From Planctomycetota bacterium (GTDB lineage Bacteria > Planctomycetota > B15-G4): DNA of 64,000 bases. The notes under the pieces were generated by a model. That model saw only the letters and a list, made by a program, of their open reading frames with translations. It was not told the origin of the DNA and ran no database searches. Each line of letters begins with the position of its first letter. Within the stretch, counting starts at the first letter, position 1. The stretch is taken from NCBI GenBank assembly GCA_965248575.1, contig CBDFJQ010000002.1, positions 3,936,001-4,000,000 on the forward strand. The letters are read 5' to 3'. Of the stretch, positions 1 through 10,181 are shown in pieces. The position numbers and the translations under genes are program-made.

Positions 1-160
1 GGTTCGGCACGGTGCCCAGGCCGTAGGCGGGGGTGCGCTCCACGCCCATGTCGTCCGCGATGACCACCAGTACATTGGGCGGCGGGGGCGAACCCTCGGG
101 CTCCCCCAGCTGCGACAGCTGCGCCAGGCATGCAAGCAGTAGAGCCAGGGTGAGAGACAC
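1..160 (-). CDS. Sulfatase-family protein, N-terminal part (runs off window edge)
   Basis: Manual translation of minus strand: hydrophobic signal then PPPPNVLVVIADDMGVER, the typical sulfatase N-terminal motif; start codon uncertain. Confidence 0.7.
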   Translation of the reverse strand, partial: MSLTLALLLACLAQLSQLGEPEGSPPPPNVLVVIADDMGVERTPAYGLGTVPN

Positions 161-232
161 GAAGCACGCCAGTTGGGAGAGGACGACATGCTGAGTTTAT
201 CACCCCTCAGAAAGGCTGGGAGCGAAGCCCGT

Positions 233-790
233 CTAGCGAAAGCGCCCCTTCACGATGCCGGCGATGGCCAGGCCTGCAAGGAACCAACCGACGACGTGCT
301 CCACGAAGCTGGCTGCGATGCGGTCGCTGGGGAAGAGGTACCAGTTCCAATAGGGCAGCTCGATGGCGAGCCAGGCGAAGACTCCCAACAGCGTGACGAC
401 GATCAGGCGCGCCGCGTAGAAAGTGGCCGACTGGGCCACGATCAAGCACGCCACCCAGGCGGCAACTACGGCCATGAGCAGCCCCATACCGAGCTGCTTG
501 GGGGAGGTGGGGTCGTCGCCCTCCGGGCTGTACACGATGAGCGCACGCGGGCCGGCGCGGTATTGCTCCTTCCAGGCCTCCCGTTGCTCGTCGCTGTCGC
601 CCGCCTCGGCGTTGGGCACCATGTACATGCCCGCTTCGACCCCGGAGTCCTTGAGGACCGAGGCCACGGCCTCGACGTTGGGCAGCGCGCCGATGCCCAT
701 ATGCCCCAAGGGCAGCATCATGTGCGCCACCATGCCCCACACGAAAACGATCAGCCCGCCGACGAGGCCTCCTAGCACGATGCGTTTCAT
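233..790 (-). CDS. Hypothetical membrane protein
   Basis: 185 aa, about 4 hydrophobic helices. Confidence 0.75.
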   Translation of the reverse strand: MKRIVLGGLVGGLIVFVWGMVAHMMLPLGHMGIGALPNVEAVASVLKDSGVEAGMYMVPNAEAGDSDEQREAWKEQYRAGPRALIVYSPEGDDPTSPKQLGMGLLMAVVAAWVACLIVAQSATFYAARLIVVTLLGVFAWLAIELPYWNWYLFPSDRIAASFVEHVVGWFLAGLAIAGIVKGRFR

Positions 791-1014
791 CAGCGACCCA
801 ACTTCGTGCTGATCCAGAAGTACAGGCAGCCGATCACAACGACCAGCACGATCATGGAGAGGCGCTGGTTGCGCACGGCGATGGACTGCCGCGCCAGGGC
901 CGTCTCGGTGTACTTGGCGCTGCGCTCCGCGCTCTCGCGCTCTTGCTTCATCTGAGTCTTCACCAGCTCACGGATCTCGATCAACGTGGCCTGGATGTCG
1001 TCCAGGTCTGCCAT
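790..1014 (-). CDS. Small coiled-coil protein with C-terminal TM helix
   Basis: 74 aa; stop abuts next ATG at 790. Confidence 0.65.
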   Translation of the reverse strand: MADLDDIQATLIEIRELVKTQMKQERESAERSAKYTETALARQSIAVRNQRLSMIVLVVVIGCLYFWISTKLGR

Positions 1015-1184
1015 GGCCTTGCCCCGGGAGGTGATGCGCCGGAGTGTCAGCCGGCGCGAAGGCCGTACGATATCAGGACCGGAATTCTTCTTGGAGTGCT
1101 GTCGAAAGGCCGGGCCCTCTTTCGACGGGTGATTGAAGGTGGCAACAGAGCTGCCTGGAAACCACGCAGATGGAGCTGAGAACC

Positions 1185-1568
1185 ATGCGGTACCTGTTGT
1201 TGATCAACTCGAGCGAGACGCTGGAAACGGACATGAGCCCGGAGCAGATGGGCGAGATCATGGAGGGCTATGGCCGCTTCGGCGAAGAGCTGGAGGCTGC
1301 TGGGGCGAGCCTCGAATCGGCCCGGCTACAGCCAGCAGCCAGCGCCACCACCGTGCGCATCCGGGACGGAAAGCTGAGCACGACGGACGGCCCCTTTGCG
1401 GAGACCAAGGAGACCCTGGGCGGTTTCTACCTGATCGAGGCACCCGACTTGGATGCCGCCATCGCCTGGGCCGCGAAGATCCCCTCGGCCTCCTTCGGCG
1501 GCGTGGAAGTGCGCCCGCTCTGGGAGCCCGAGGACTACGAGCTGCCGTCCGGGGACCTCGCTCGGTGA
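1185..1568 (+). CDS. YciI/DGPF-family protein
   Basis: TDGPFAETKETLGGFYLIE motif; GGAG before ATG 1185. Confidence 0.9.
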   Translation: MRYLLLINSSETLETDMSPEQMGEIMEGYGRFGEELEAAGASLESARLQPAASATTVRIRDGKLSTTDGPFAETKETLGGFYLIEAPDLDAAIAWAAKIPSASFGGVEVRPLWEPEDYELPSGDLAR

Positions 1569-2842
1569 GAGAGGCAGCGCAGACCGTGGAGGCCGTGTTT
1601 CGGGAGGAGCACGGCTTCCTGCTCGCCTCGCTGATCCGTCGTTGCGGCGACTTCGAGCGGGCCGAGGAGGCTCTGCAAGATGCTCTGGCTGTGGCCCTGG
1701 AGCGTTGGCCGAAGGACGGCATGCCGCACACGCCCGCGGCGTGGATCCTGCGCACCGCCCAGAACCGATTGATCGATGTGCTGCGTCGGGATGCGCGCCG
1801 GCCGGACAAGGAAGCGTTGGTCGCTCGTCCCGAAGCCAGCACGACCCAGGCCCCGGCCGAACGGGAAGAAGCCGACGCCTTCCCCGCGAACGACGACCGG
1901 CTGCGCTTGCTGTTCACCTGCTGCCACCCCGCCTTGTCGGCGGATGCGCAATCGGCCTTGCTGCTCAACGCCCTGGGTGGCTTGAGCACGCGCGAGATCG
2001 CCCGGGCCTACCTCACCAGCGAGGCCACCATGGCCCAGCGCCTGGTGCGCGCGAAGCGCAAGATCCGTCAGGCAGGCATCCCCTTCCGGGTGCCCGAGGC
2101 AGAGCAATTGCCTGAGCGCTTGGGCGTCGTGCTGCGGGTGGTCTACCTCGTGTTCAACGAAGGCTATGCCGCCAGCGAGGGCGTGGCACTGCTGCGCGGC
2201 CCGCTTTGCACGGAGGCGATCCGGCTGGGGCGCTTGTTGCTGCAGTTGATGCCGGAGCAGACCGAGGCTGCGGGGCTGCTGGCCCTGATGCTCTTGCAGG
2301 ATGCCCGGCGCGAGGCTCGGGTCGGCCCCGAGGGAGAGCTGATCCGCTTGCGCGACCAGGACCGCAGCTTGTGGGATGCGCAAGCCGTAGCCGAAGGGCT
2401 CGCGCTGCTGGAGACGAGCTTGCAGGCTCGGCGGCCGGGGCCGTACCAGGTGCAGGCGGCGCTCGCGGCCCTGCACGCCGAAGCCCCGGACGGGCCCTCC
2501 ACGGACTGGCCCCAGGCGGTGCGGCTCTACGATGTGCTGCTGGAGATGGAGCCGTCGCCGGTGGTGGCGCTCAACCGGGCGGTGGCCGTGTCCATGGCTT
2601 CAGGGGCGGAGGCAGGGCTCGCGGCCCTGGCTGTGATCGAGCAGGACGGCAGCTTGCAGGACTACCTTTATCTGCACGCCACCCGAGCGGAGTTCTTGAG
2701 CGAGGCTGGGCATTGGGAGCCCGCACGCGCGGCTTACGAGAGGGCCATCGAGCTGGCGAGCAACCTGACGGAGCGTCGTTTCCTTCAGCAGCGCTTGGAG
2801 CGGGTGCTGCAACGCATCACCAGTACGCGTCCAGACCAATGA
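1565..2842 (+). CDS. ECF sigma factor with C-terminal TPR-like extension (ECF42-like)
   Basis: AEEALQDA, LRLLFTCCHPAL, MAQRLVRAK, YLVFNEGY, GPYQVQAA motifs; GTGA overlap with the DGPF gene. Confidence 0.9.
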   Translation: MREAAQTVEAVFREEHGFLLASLIRRCGDFERAEEALQDALAVALERWPKDGMPHTPAAWILRTAQNRLIDVLRRDARRPDKEALVARPEASTTQAPAEREEADAFPANDDRLRLLFTCCHPALSADAQSALLLNALGGLSTREIARAYLTSEATMAQRLVRAKRKIRQAGIPFRVPEAEQLPERLGVVLRVVYLVFNEGYAASEGVALLRGPLCTEAIRLGRLLLQLMPEQTEAAGLLALMLLQDARREARVGPEGELIRLRDQDRSLWDAQAVAEGLALLETSLQARRPGPYQVQAALAALHAEAPDGPSTDWPQAVRLYDVLLEMEPSPVVALNRAVAVSMASGAEAGLAALAVIEQDGSLQDYLYLHATRAEFLSEAGHWEPARAAYERAIELASNLTERRFLQQRLERVLQRITSTRPDQ

Positions 2843-3563
2843 GCAACTGGCCGTTCTCCTGACGCCGCCAGACCAGCATGAACTCCACATTGGAGTGCTG
2901 GAGGACGCCGTCGCGTAGGACGCTCAAGCGGCTGTGCCCGCGTTGGATCCAGAGCTTGTCGGCCCCCTCGAGGCTGGCGATGCTCAGCTCCCAATCCTGT
3001 GCGCCCTCGAGGCGGCCCCAGTACTCGTCGATGGCCTGGCGCCCGGCGACGGTGCGGCCGCTCTTGTCCATGAGCAGGGCGTCGTCGGCATAGAAGGCGG
3101 CGACGGCGGCGAGGTCACCATGGCGCATGGCCTGCTCCATGGCGGCGTTGAGCGCACGGATCTCGGCCTGGGCCTTGGACCTGAGCCCAGCGGCTTCACG
3201 TTGCTGCTCCGCGTCCTTGCCCGGTGCGGCGGTTGCGGCGGCGGACGCATCCCTGCGCTGCTTCAGGTCCTGCAAGGCTTGGGAGGCGGTGCGCTGCCGC
3301 AAGGGGTCCGGGTCGTGCAGGATGTGCAACAACACGGACTCCGCTTCGGGGCGTTCGCTCTGGCCCAAGGCGAGGATGGCGGGGATGGCCACCTCGGGGT
3401 CGCGCACGAAGGCATTGGTGATGTTCGAGCGGGGTGGCCACATGGCGCAGGCCGGGCCGAGCAGCGCGAGGACGAGGGGCAGCAACGCAAACTGCAGGGC
3501 GACGCGTGCACGGGCTGCGGGCGACCTGGGACGAGCGGTGGGACTGCCGGTGGGAATCTGCAT
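2817..3563 (-). CDS. Secreted/lipoprotein with HEAT-like segment and C-terminal NTF2/DUF4440-like domain
   Basis: Hydrophobic signal ending GPAC; C-terminal GDLAAVAAFYADDA...GRQAI pattern; start uncertain. Confidence 0.65.
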   Translation of the reverse strand: MQIPTGSPTARPRSPAARARVALQFALLPLVLALLGPACAMWPPRSNITNAFVRDPEVAIPAILALGQSERPEAESVLLHILHDPDPLRQRTASQALQDLKQRRDASAAATAAPGKDAEQQREAAGLRSKAQAEIRALNAAMEQAMRHGDLAAVAAFYADDALLMDKSGRTVAGRQAIDEYWGRLEGAQDWELSIASLEGADKLWIQRGHSRLSVLRDGVLQHSNVEFMLVWRRQENGQLLIGLDAYW

Positions 3564-3572
3564 GCAGGCAGG

Positions 3573-3845
3573 CTAACCGATGTGTCGGAACGGGTCGTGC
3601 GCATCGGGCTTGGGTTCGACGGCCCGCACATCCACCTCGTCGACCCGGGCCTGGGGCGGCCCTTCGGCCATCCAGCCCACGAGGTTCTCCACGGCTTCCG
3701 GCTCGCCTTGGACCCAGGCCTCCACCCGCCCATCGCTGAGATTGCGGACCCAGCCGCGGAGGCCGAGGGCCTGGGCCTCCTGCTCGGCGGACCAGCGGAA
3801 GCCCACCCCTTGCACACGTCCGGAGACATGGATGTGTCGTGCCAT
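3573..3845 (-). CDS. acyP: Acylphosphatase
   Basis: [11 protein letters not shown] and [12 protein letters not shown] motifs. Confidence 0.92.
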   Translation of the reverse strand: MARHIHVSGRVQGVGFRWSAEQEAQALGLRGWVRNLSDGRVEAWVQGEPEAVENLVGWMAEGPPQARVDEVDVRAVEPKPDAHDPFRHIG

Positions 3846-4047
3846 GGTTGTCATCGCTGCAACGCTAACGCCTCGTGCGCCAGGGGATCCAGCACCGCCG
3901 GCCACTCCCAGCCTCCGAAGAGCTGCGGATGAGCTGCGGAGCGACGTGGAATCCGGTCCAGGGCTCCCGATACGCTGCTCAGGCTCGCTGGCCCCGCCGC
4001 CGATAGATCGAGCAACGCCCGGTCTCCTCATCGACCCCTCTGCAACC

Positions 4048-5211
4048 ATGAGCAACACTCCCGCAGCGCCCCGCACCCGCAAGAAGCGCAGCCGCCTGGG
4101 TTTCGCAGCTGCGCTGAGCGTGGTCGTGGTGCTGCTGCCGGCCTTGTGCCTTGAGGTCTATCTCCGCATGGACAAGGAGAAGCACGACCTGTGGTCCATG
4201 ACGGGGCGGGAGTTGGGCGAGAACCCGATCAAGCAGTGGGGGCAGGTGGACGCCTTCAGCGCCTACCGAGGACGTGCGGGCGCCGGTGGCATCGGCAAGA
4301 CCATCAACAGCCTCGGGTTCATCTCGACCCCGGAGCTCACGGTGCAGAAGCCGGCGGACACGGTGCGCGTCGTGTTCCTGGGCGGTTCGTCCACTGCTGG
4401 AACGGGCCAGGACCTGGCGGACGTGGACACCTGGCCCTGGCACGTCGCCGAGGAGCTGCGGGCGGCCATGCCTGCGGGGCGCAAGCTGGAGTTCATCAAC
4501 GCGGCGCTCGGGGGTTACAGCACCTTCGAGACCTACGGCCGGCTGTGGAGTCGACTGCGCGCGTACGAGCCGGACGTGTTCGTCATGTATCACGGCTGGA
4601 ACGAGATGTACTACTTCGACAAGACGGCGCCCGAGGACTTCGTCAAGTGGCGCACCTTGCCCGACGGCAGCTGGACGCTGGACCGCAAGCGCGGCAAGAC
4701 CAGGGAGCTGGAACCCTGGTGGGCAGACCACCTGATCCAGTACAGCCAACTGCTCATCCGCGGTCGGATCCGCCTGGCCAAATGGGCGGGCAGCCTGGAA
4801 GGCGAAGTGGGCGGCAGCAAGACACTCAGCGATGACTATGGTCGCGACGGGCCCGAGGTCTTCCGCTTCAACCTGAAGTTGATCCAGCAGGCCTGCGAGA
4901 TGATGGACGCCGAGCTCTTCGTGGCGAAGCAAGCCACGCTGATCGTGCCGGGCCTGGACGACAAGCAACGGGATCGTTGCCGTTACGACTACCACGGCTT
5001 CGGTCACGACGCGCACCTGGCGGCCTACCAGGCGCTCTACGATGTCATCGATGCGGAGGTTCCTGCCGAGCGTGTCATCGACGTGACGACCCTGAGCGGG
5101 CGGCCCGAGGTCTTCGCCGACCACGTGCATCCAACGGAGGCTGGCGCGCGACGTATCGCAGCGCTCGTGGCAGACGCCGTGGCGACCACGGTCACGAGCG
5201 CCGGGCAGTAG
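4048..5211 (+). CDS. Membrane-anchored SGNH/GDSL hydrolase-family protein
   Basis: [21 protein letters not shown] and DHVH blocks; N-terminal TM helix. Confidence 0.85.
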   Translation: MSNTPAAPRTRKKRSRLGFAAALSVVVVLLPALCLEVYLRMDKEKHDLWSMTGRELGENPIKQWGQVDAFSAYRGRAGAGGIGKTINSLGFISTPELTVQKPADTVRVVFLGGSSTAGTGQDLADVDTWPWHVAEELRAAMPAGRKLEFINAALGGYSTFETYGRLWSRLRAYEPDVFVMYHGWNEMYYFDKTAPEDFVKWRTLPDGSWTLDRKRGKTRELEPWWADHLIQYSQLLIRGRIRLAKWAGSLEGEVGGSKTLSDDYGRDGPEVFRFNLKLIQQACEMMDAELFVAKQATLIVPGLDDKQRDRCRYDYHGFGHDAHLAAYQALYDVIDAEVPAERVIDVTTLSGRPEVFADHVHPTEAGARRIAALVADAVATTVTSAGQ

Positions 5212-5294
5212 CCGACCGACTCGTCCCAGTCCCGCCGCTGGCACGGCATCGCGAAAGCCGTCAGGCTGGGGCCCTTCCTCTGAAGGGGTCTGCC

Positions 5295-8264
5295 ATGTTC
5301 GTGACTCGACTGCTGCCTGTCGCCCTGCTGGGTGCCGCATTCTCAAGCTCCGTCTCTGCAGCGCTGCCCACTGGTGATCGTTACGCCGTTCTGCACCTGG
5401 ATGAGCTGGTCGACGCTCTGGTTGTGCGTAACCCGAGAAGCCCTAAGTGGTCGTTCGCAGCAAACGTCGGGCGGGTGCACGTGGTGCTCGACGTGGAGGG
5501 GGACGCCTACGTGAGTCCGCTGCACAAGCAGGCTGCCGAGGGCGTGCCGGAACTCTTGCCTCCCGATGGCGACGGTCGGCCAGACACCACGTGGGGCCGC
5601 GGCTGGGGCCACACCATGTTGGGCGTAGCCGTGGACGAGTCGGCGGTGGGTTCCGTGACGGGTACGCTGCACGTTCCTGGCAGCGAGGGGGGGCCGGGCA
5701 TTGAGGTGCCCTTCGAGATTCCGGCAGAGGCCTTCAGCGAGGACGCAGGGCCGTACTCGATCCTGGAGCGCGGGCACTACGGTGCCATGCTCGACCGTGA
5801 TCTTCCGGGGGCGGCGTGGTTTCGGCACCAGCATGACGCTGCCCAGGCGCGCTGGTTGGCGGCGGCCGTGGAGCAGGGGCGTGAGCTGGGGGCGAGCCCG
5901 CAGCTGCGGAATGCTGACCGCATACTGAACCGGTCGCGCTCGACCGTCGAGGACAGTTTCGAGCTGTTCAGCGGGGGCCGCGCGGTGAGCGAGAATCTGC
6001 AGTTGGATCGCACGCTGCCTGCGTCGCCCGAGGGTGAAGACACGGTTCCGGTGGACAGCGTGCAGGGCATCACGACACCGGCCTACGACTGGGCGGCGCT
6101 CATCGAAGGTCTCTCGCCAGAGCTGGATCCCTTGGCGCAGCTGATCCCCGCGGACCAACACGCGGTCTTCTTCCCGAGTTTCGAAGCGCTGGTGGCGGTG
6201 GCAGATCACGCCGAAGAACACGGCACGCCGGTCTTGGCTGCGCTCGAACCGCGCTCGGAATCGGCGAACACGCGTCAGCGCTATGAACAGCAGTTGGGAG
6301 TGCCCATGAGCGCCTTGAGCCGACTGCTCGGGCCGGCGATCCTGGACAGTGTGGCCATGACGGGTTCCGACCCCTATCTGCGCACCGGCTCCGATGTCGC
6401 CCTGATCTTCGAGGGCTCGACGTCTGCGGTGGAGCCCTTGCTGGTGGCTCGGGTGCGACTCGCTGCCCAGGGAGTACCGGGTGTCACCGCGGTGGAAGGA
6501 AAGATAGGCGACGACAGCTACACGGGCTTCACCAGCGAAGACCGTTCCTTCTGCAGCTATGTGGCGGCCTTGGGTGATCGGGCAGTGGTGGTCTGCAACT
6601 CCCTGGCCCAACTGGAGCGGCTGTTCGCCACGGCGCGCGGCGACGGCCCGGCCCTCGCGTCCTTGGATGAGTACGTCTGGTTCCGGGATCGCTATCAGCG
6701 CGGCGAGGAGGGTGAGTCGGCCTTCGCCATGATCTCCGACGCCACGATTCGCCGCTGGTGCGGCCCGCGTTGGCGCATCGGCAGCTCCCGCCGTAGTCGG
6801 GCGGCCGCGGTCGTTGCCGAGTGGCAAGCGCGTTCCGTTGACGCCCTCATGGCAGAGGATGCTGCGGACCTCGGGCCCAGCGGCCATGCACTACCTGAGT
6901 ACGGCCTCCTGCCCGGCGCCGGCCCCATGAGTTTGACGGCGGGCGGCGTGCGCTCGGAGGACTACGGCAGCCTGGGATTCGCGACGCCCATCGTCGAGCT
7001 GGACCTCGACCTCGTGACGGAGGACGAATCCGATCTCTATGAGCGTTGGCGTCGGGGGTATGAATCAAACTGGTCTAACTTCTTCGATCCCATCGGCATT
7101 CGCTTCAGCGTCGACGAGCAGCAGCTCGCCATGGACATGACGGTGCGTCCGCTCATCGCTGGCAGCGACTACCGGGACTACATTGGGTTGTCGGCGGGCG
7201 CCGAGTTGGATGCGCTGAGCGGTGATCCCCACGAGGAGGCCCTCGTCCACTGGGTCTCTGCATTCAACAGGAACTCGCCCAGCCTGAGTCGCGCGGAGGT
7301 GCTCGGCTTGGCGCGCATGCTGGCCCCCAAGCTGGACCCCTTGGGTTGGGTCGGCAGTTCGTACTCGCTCTACATCGACAAGGACGACTTCTGGGCGGAG
7401 ATGGCAGCCGCCGAAGACGGAGAGTCCTTCCTGTTCGAGGAGCTGTATCGCTTGCCCATGGCCGTGCACGTCGACATCGACAACGTCATGAAGCTGGCGG
7501 TGGCGCTGACGGGGCTGCGCGCCGTGGCTGAGCAGACCATCCCCGACATGTTGTTGTGGGAGAACCGCAAGCACGCGGGGCGCAGCTATGTGCGCGTGGG
7601 TCCCTCCGATCTGGCCTTGGAAGACATGCGCTCCGAGGTGGATGAGTTTGAGAACTGGGATCAGCTGGCTCTCTACTATGTGCCCGGGCCCGGCGGTCTC
7701 ACGTTGTCGCTCAACGAAGAGTTGGTGAAGCGTGCCATCGACCGATCCCAGGCGCGGCGGGGCGTGGGCGCTGAGAACACGGGCGCAGAGGATGGCGGCA
7801 CAGAGCGTGCGGAGGTAGGCGCAGCCGAAGACGACGCGTCAGGCATCGAGAACGCCGCTGACGCGTCGAACCCCTGGCTCGGCAAGCAGCTGGGCCTACG
7901 CGTCTCGCGAGACGTGGTGGAGCTCTTGGAGGCGGGCATGATCCGTCAGGGCATCCAGCCGCTCCAGGAACTCTCGTGGAACAACCTGCCCATCCTGAAC
8001 GAGTGGAAGCGCCGTTGGCCGCAGCACGACCCGGTCGACGTGCACGAGACCCTGTGGGGGCGGCGTCTCTTGTGCCCCGGCGGTGGTGAGTACCGCTGGA
8101 ATGCGGACGACCAACGCATGGAGTCAAGTCTCTACGGACACCCCGGCCGACCGCTCGTCGGGCCGGTGCTCCCTAGCGCGGTGAAGGGGATCGGCAGTGC
8201 CGACCTCGGCATCGACTTCGAGGAGGATGGCTTGCGCGGGCGCGTGACGTTGACGCGTCAGTAG
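5295..8264 (+). CDS. Large secreted hypothetical protein
   Basis: Signal peptide MFVTRLLPVALLGAAFSSSVSA; ~990 aa; C-terminal LCPGGGEY motif; no recognisable catalytic motif. Confidence 0.75.
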   Translation: MFVTRLLPVALLGAAFSSSVSAALPTGDRYAVLHLDELVDALVVRNPRSPKWSFAANVGRVHVVLDVEGDAYVSPLHKQAAEGVPELLPPDGDGRPDTTWGRGWGHTMLGVAVDESAVGSVTGTLHVPGSEGGPGIEVPFEIPAEAFSEDAGPYSILERGHYGAMLDRDLPGAAWFRHQHDAAQARWLAAAVEQGRELGASPQLRNADRILNRSRSTVEDSFELFSGGRAVSENLQLDRTLPASPEGEDTVPVDSVQGITTPAYDWAALIEGLSPELDPLAQLIPADQHAVFFPSFEALVAVADHAEEHGTPVLAALEPRSESANTRQRYEQQLGVPMSALSRLLGPAILDSVAMTGSDPYLRTGSDVALIFEGSTSAVEPLLVARVRLAAQGVPGVTAVEGKIGDDSYTGFTSEDRSFCSYVAALGDRAVVVCNSLAQLERLFATARGDGPALASLDEYVWFRDRYQRGEEGESAFAMISDATIRRWCGPRWRIGSSRRSRAAAVVAEWQARSVDALMAEDAADLGPSGHALPEYGLLPGAGPMSLTAGGVRSEDYGSLGFATPIVELDLDLVTEDESDLYERWRRGYESNWSNFFDPIGIRFSVDEQQLAMDMTVRPLIAGSDYRDYIGLSAGAELDALSGDPHEEALVHWVSAFNRNSPSLSRAEVLGLARMLAPKLDPLGWVGSSYSLYIDKDDFWAEMAAAEDGESFLFEELYRLPMAVHVDIDNVMKLAVALTGLRAVAEQTIPDMLLWENRKHAGRSYVRVGPSDLALEDMRSEVDEFENWDQLALYYVPGPGGLTLSLNEELVKRAIDRSQARRGVGAENTGAEDGGTERAEVGAAEDDASGIENAADASNPWLGKQLGLRVSRDVVELLEAGMIRQGIQPLQELSWNNLPILNEWKRRWPQHDPVDVHETLWGRRLLCPGGGEYRWNADDQRMESSLYGHPGRPLVGPVLPSAVKGIGSADLGIDFEEDGLRGRVTLTRQ

Positions 8265-8275
8265 GGCGGCCGGTC

Positions 8276-8842
8276 CTAGGGCTCGGAGCCTTCGAGGCCG
8301 AGCAGCGAACTCACGTACGGCTCGAGCCGCGTGAGTCCCGCCTGCTTGCCCTCCTCGAGCGCGCAGAGGGCGGGCAAGCCGTCTACGAAGTGCGCCTTGA
8401 GCGCGAAGAGGGCGCCCACCCGGTTGCCGCTCGCGCAGTACACCACCACGCCGGGTTGCTCCTGTCGGGCGGAGCCCTTGAGGACCCGTGCGAGGCGCCG
8501 GGCATTCCCCTCTGTGGTTCCCTCGCTGCCAGCGACGGGGAGGCGTCGGAACTGGCTCGTGCGTCCCGCGAAGAAGTCCTCCTCCCAGCCGGCGCCGTCC
8601 TCGGAGCTGGGGCGCAGGCTCACGAAGGTGCCGAAGCCGAGTGCTTCCAGTTCTTCGACCTGGCTTGGGGTGAGCTGCCCGCCGGTGACGACGCCCGGGT
8701 AGGGCGTGCGCACATTCTGGATCGCCAGGGCAGAGACGTCGGGGGTTTCGAAGGCCGTGGCGCTGTTCCCGTCAGCGTTGCTTGAGGTGACGCAGGCGAA
8801 GGTCAGGGAAAGCAGGACAGCGAGGATCAGGGTCTTGAACAT
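8276..8842 (-). CDS. PTP-like/sulfurtransferase (DUF442-like) lipoprotein
   Basis: CASGNR (Cx4R) loop, GQLT motif, lipobox TFAC. Confidence 0.75.
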   Translation of the reverse strand: MFKTLILAVLLSLTFACVTSSNADGNSATAFETPDVSALAIQNVRTPYPGVVTGGQLTPSQVEELEALGFGTFVSLRPSSEDGAGWEEDFFAGRTSQFRRLPVAGSEGTTEGNARRLARVLKGSARQEQPGVVVYCASGNRVGALFALKAHFVDGLPALCALEEGKQAGLTRLEPYVSSLLGLEGSEP

Positions 8843-8918
8843 GGCGTGACTTCGCAAAGAGATCGTCGGGGATGGAAACAGGGCGCAAGCCGTCAGTTTG
8901 TTGCAGTGTCCTTCCAGC

Positions 8919-9722
8919 CTAGCGGTTGTCGCCGCCCAGGAGGCGGCCGACACCTCCCAGGAGGGATCCCTCGCCCTTGCTGCTCCCCCCATGGCGAGGA
9001 GCGCTGGCCAGGATGCGGTCTGCCAAGCGGCTGAAGGGCAGGCTCTGCAGGTAGACCGTGCCGGGGCCGCTGAGTTCGGCCAGGAAGAGACCCTCACCGC
9101 CGAAGAGCATGGAGCCGATGCCCTTGACCATGGTGATGTTGTAGTCGACCCCGGCGTCGAAGCCGACGATGCAGCCGGTGTCCACCTTGAGGCGGTCGTT
9201 GGGGCCCAGCTCCTTCTTGACCACCGTGCCGCCGGCGTGGATGAAGGTGAGGCCGTCGCCGCGCAACTTCTGGAGGATGAAGCCCTCGCCGCCGAACAGG
9301 CCGACACCGAAGCGCTTGTTGAAGGCGATGGACAGCTCGGTGCCCATGGCTGCGCACAGGAAGGCCTGCTTCTGGCACAGGAAGGTGCCGCCCACGGCGG
9401 AGAGATCGATGGGCACGATCTTGCCCGGGTAAGGCGCGCCGAAGGCGACCTGGGTGCGGCCCGTGCCCTCTGCCGTGAAGTGCGTCATGAACAGGCTCTC
9501 GCCGGTGAAGACGCGCTTGCCGACGCTGAAGATCTTGTCCATGAAGCCAGCTTGCGGGTTGCTGCCGTCACCCATCTTGGTGTCCATGTGGATGTCCGGG
9601 TTCATGAACATCATGGCGCCCGCCTCGGCGATGACCGTCTCGCGCGGATCGAGGGTGATCTCCACGAACTGCATGTCGTCGCCGTGGATGACGTAGTCGA
9701 TCTCGTGGGAGTTGGTGGGCAT
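8919..9722 (-). CDS. AIM24/TIGR00266-family protein
   Basis: [35 protein letters not shown] motifs. Confidence 0.92.
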   Translation of the reverse strand: MPTNSHEIDYVIHGDDMQFVEITLDPRETVIAEAGAMMFMNPDIHMDTKMGDGSNPQAGFMDKIFSVGKRVFTGESLFMTHFTAEGTGRTQVAFGAPYPGKIVPIDLSAVGGTFLCQKQAFLCAAMGTELSIAFNKRFGVGLFGGEGFILQKLRGDGLTFIHAGGTVVKKELGPNDRLKVDTGCIVGFDAGVDYNITMVKGIGSMLFGGEGLFLAELSGPGTVYLQSLPFSRLADRILASAPRHGGSSKGEGSLLGGVGRLLGGDNR

Positions 9723-9832
9723 GGGGGTGGGCTCCGGTTCGGGGGGGCTGGGCTGGCAGCGTGGCTGCTGGCGGGGGACACTTTGGGATGCGGGGGGTTT
9801 GGGTTTCAAGGATGGGGGGGACGGGTGGATGG

Positions 9833-10020
9833 TTGGCGCTGGTGGTGGGCGAGGCCCGTCAACCCGGCCAAGTGGTCGCTCGGGAGGGAGGGTGGGCTGC
9901 CTCCGCCGGTTTCGGGCCTGAGGCTTGTTGGATCTGCTGAGGCTTCAGGCCCGAAACCGGCTGCTTTGGGGCTCGCTCTACATGGCCGGGTTGAAGGGCC
10001 TCGCCCACCACCAGCTCCAA
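9833..10020. repeat. Nested inverted-repeat element (MITE/REPIN-like)
   Basis: 40-bp arms 9833-9872 and 9981-10020 (3 mismatches) enclosing an inner IR 9906-9924/9942-9960. Confidence 0.8.
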
Positions 10021-10181
10021 TCGTCACGTGGGTGGGTTGGGGGTGCTCGCCACGCAGTCGCTCCAGTCGTTCCGTGGGTTCTGGCCATCGTGGGGTGGGG
10101 TGTGCTCCCGCGTAGCGGTCGCTCTTGGCGCTGTGGGGTTGGGGTGATCGCGGCGGGGTTTGGGGGAGCTATGGTTGGGTC

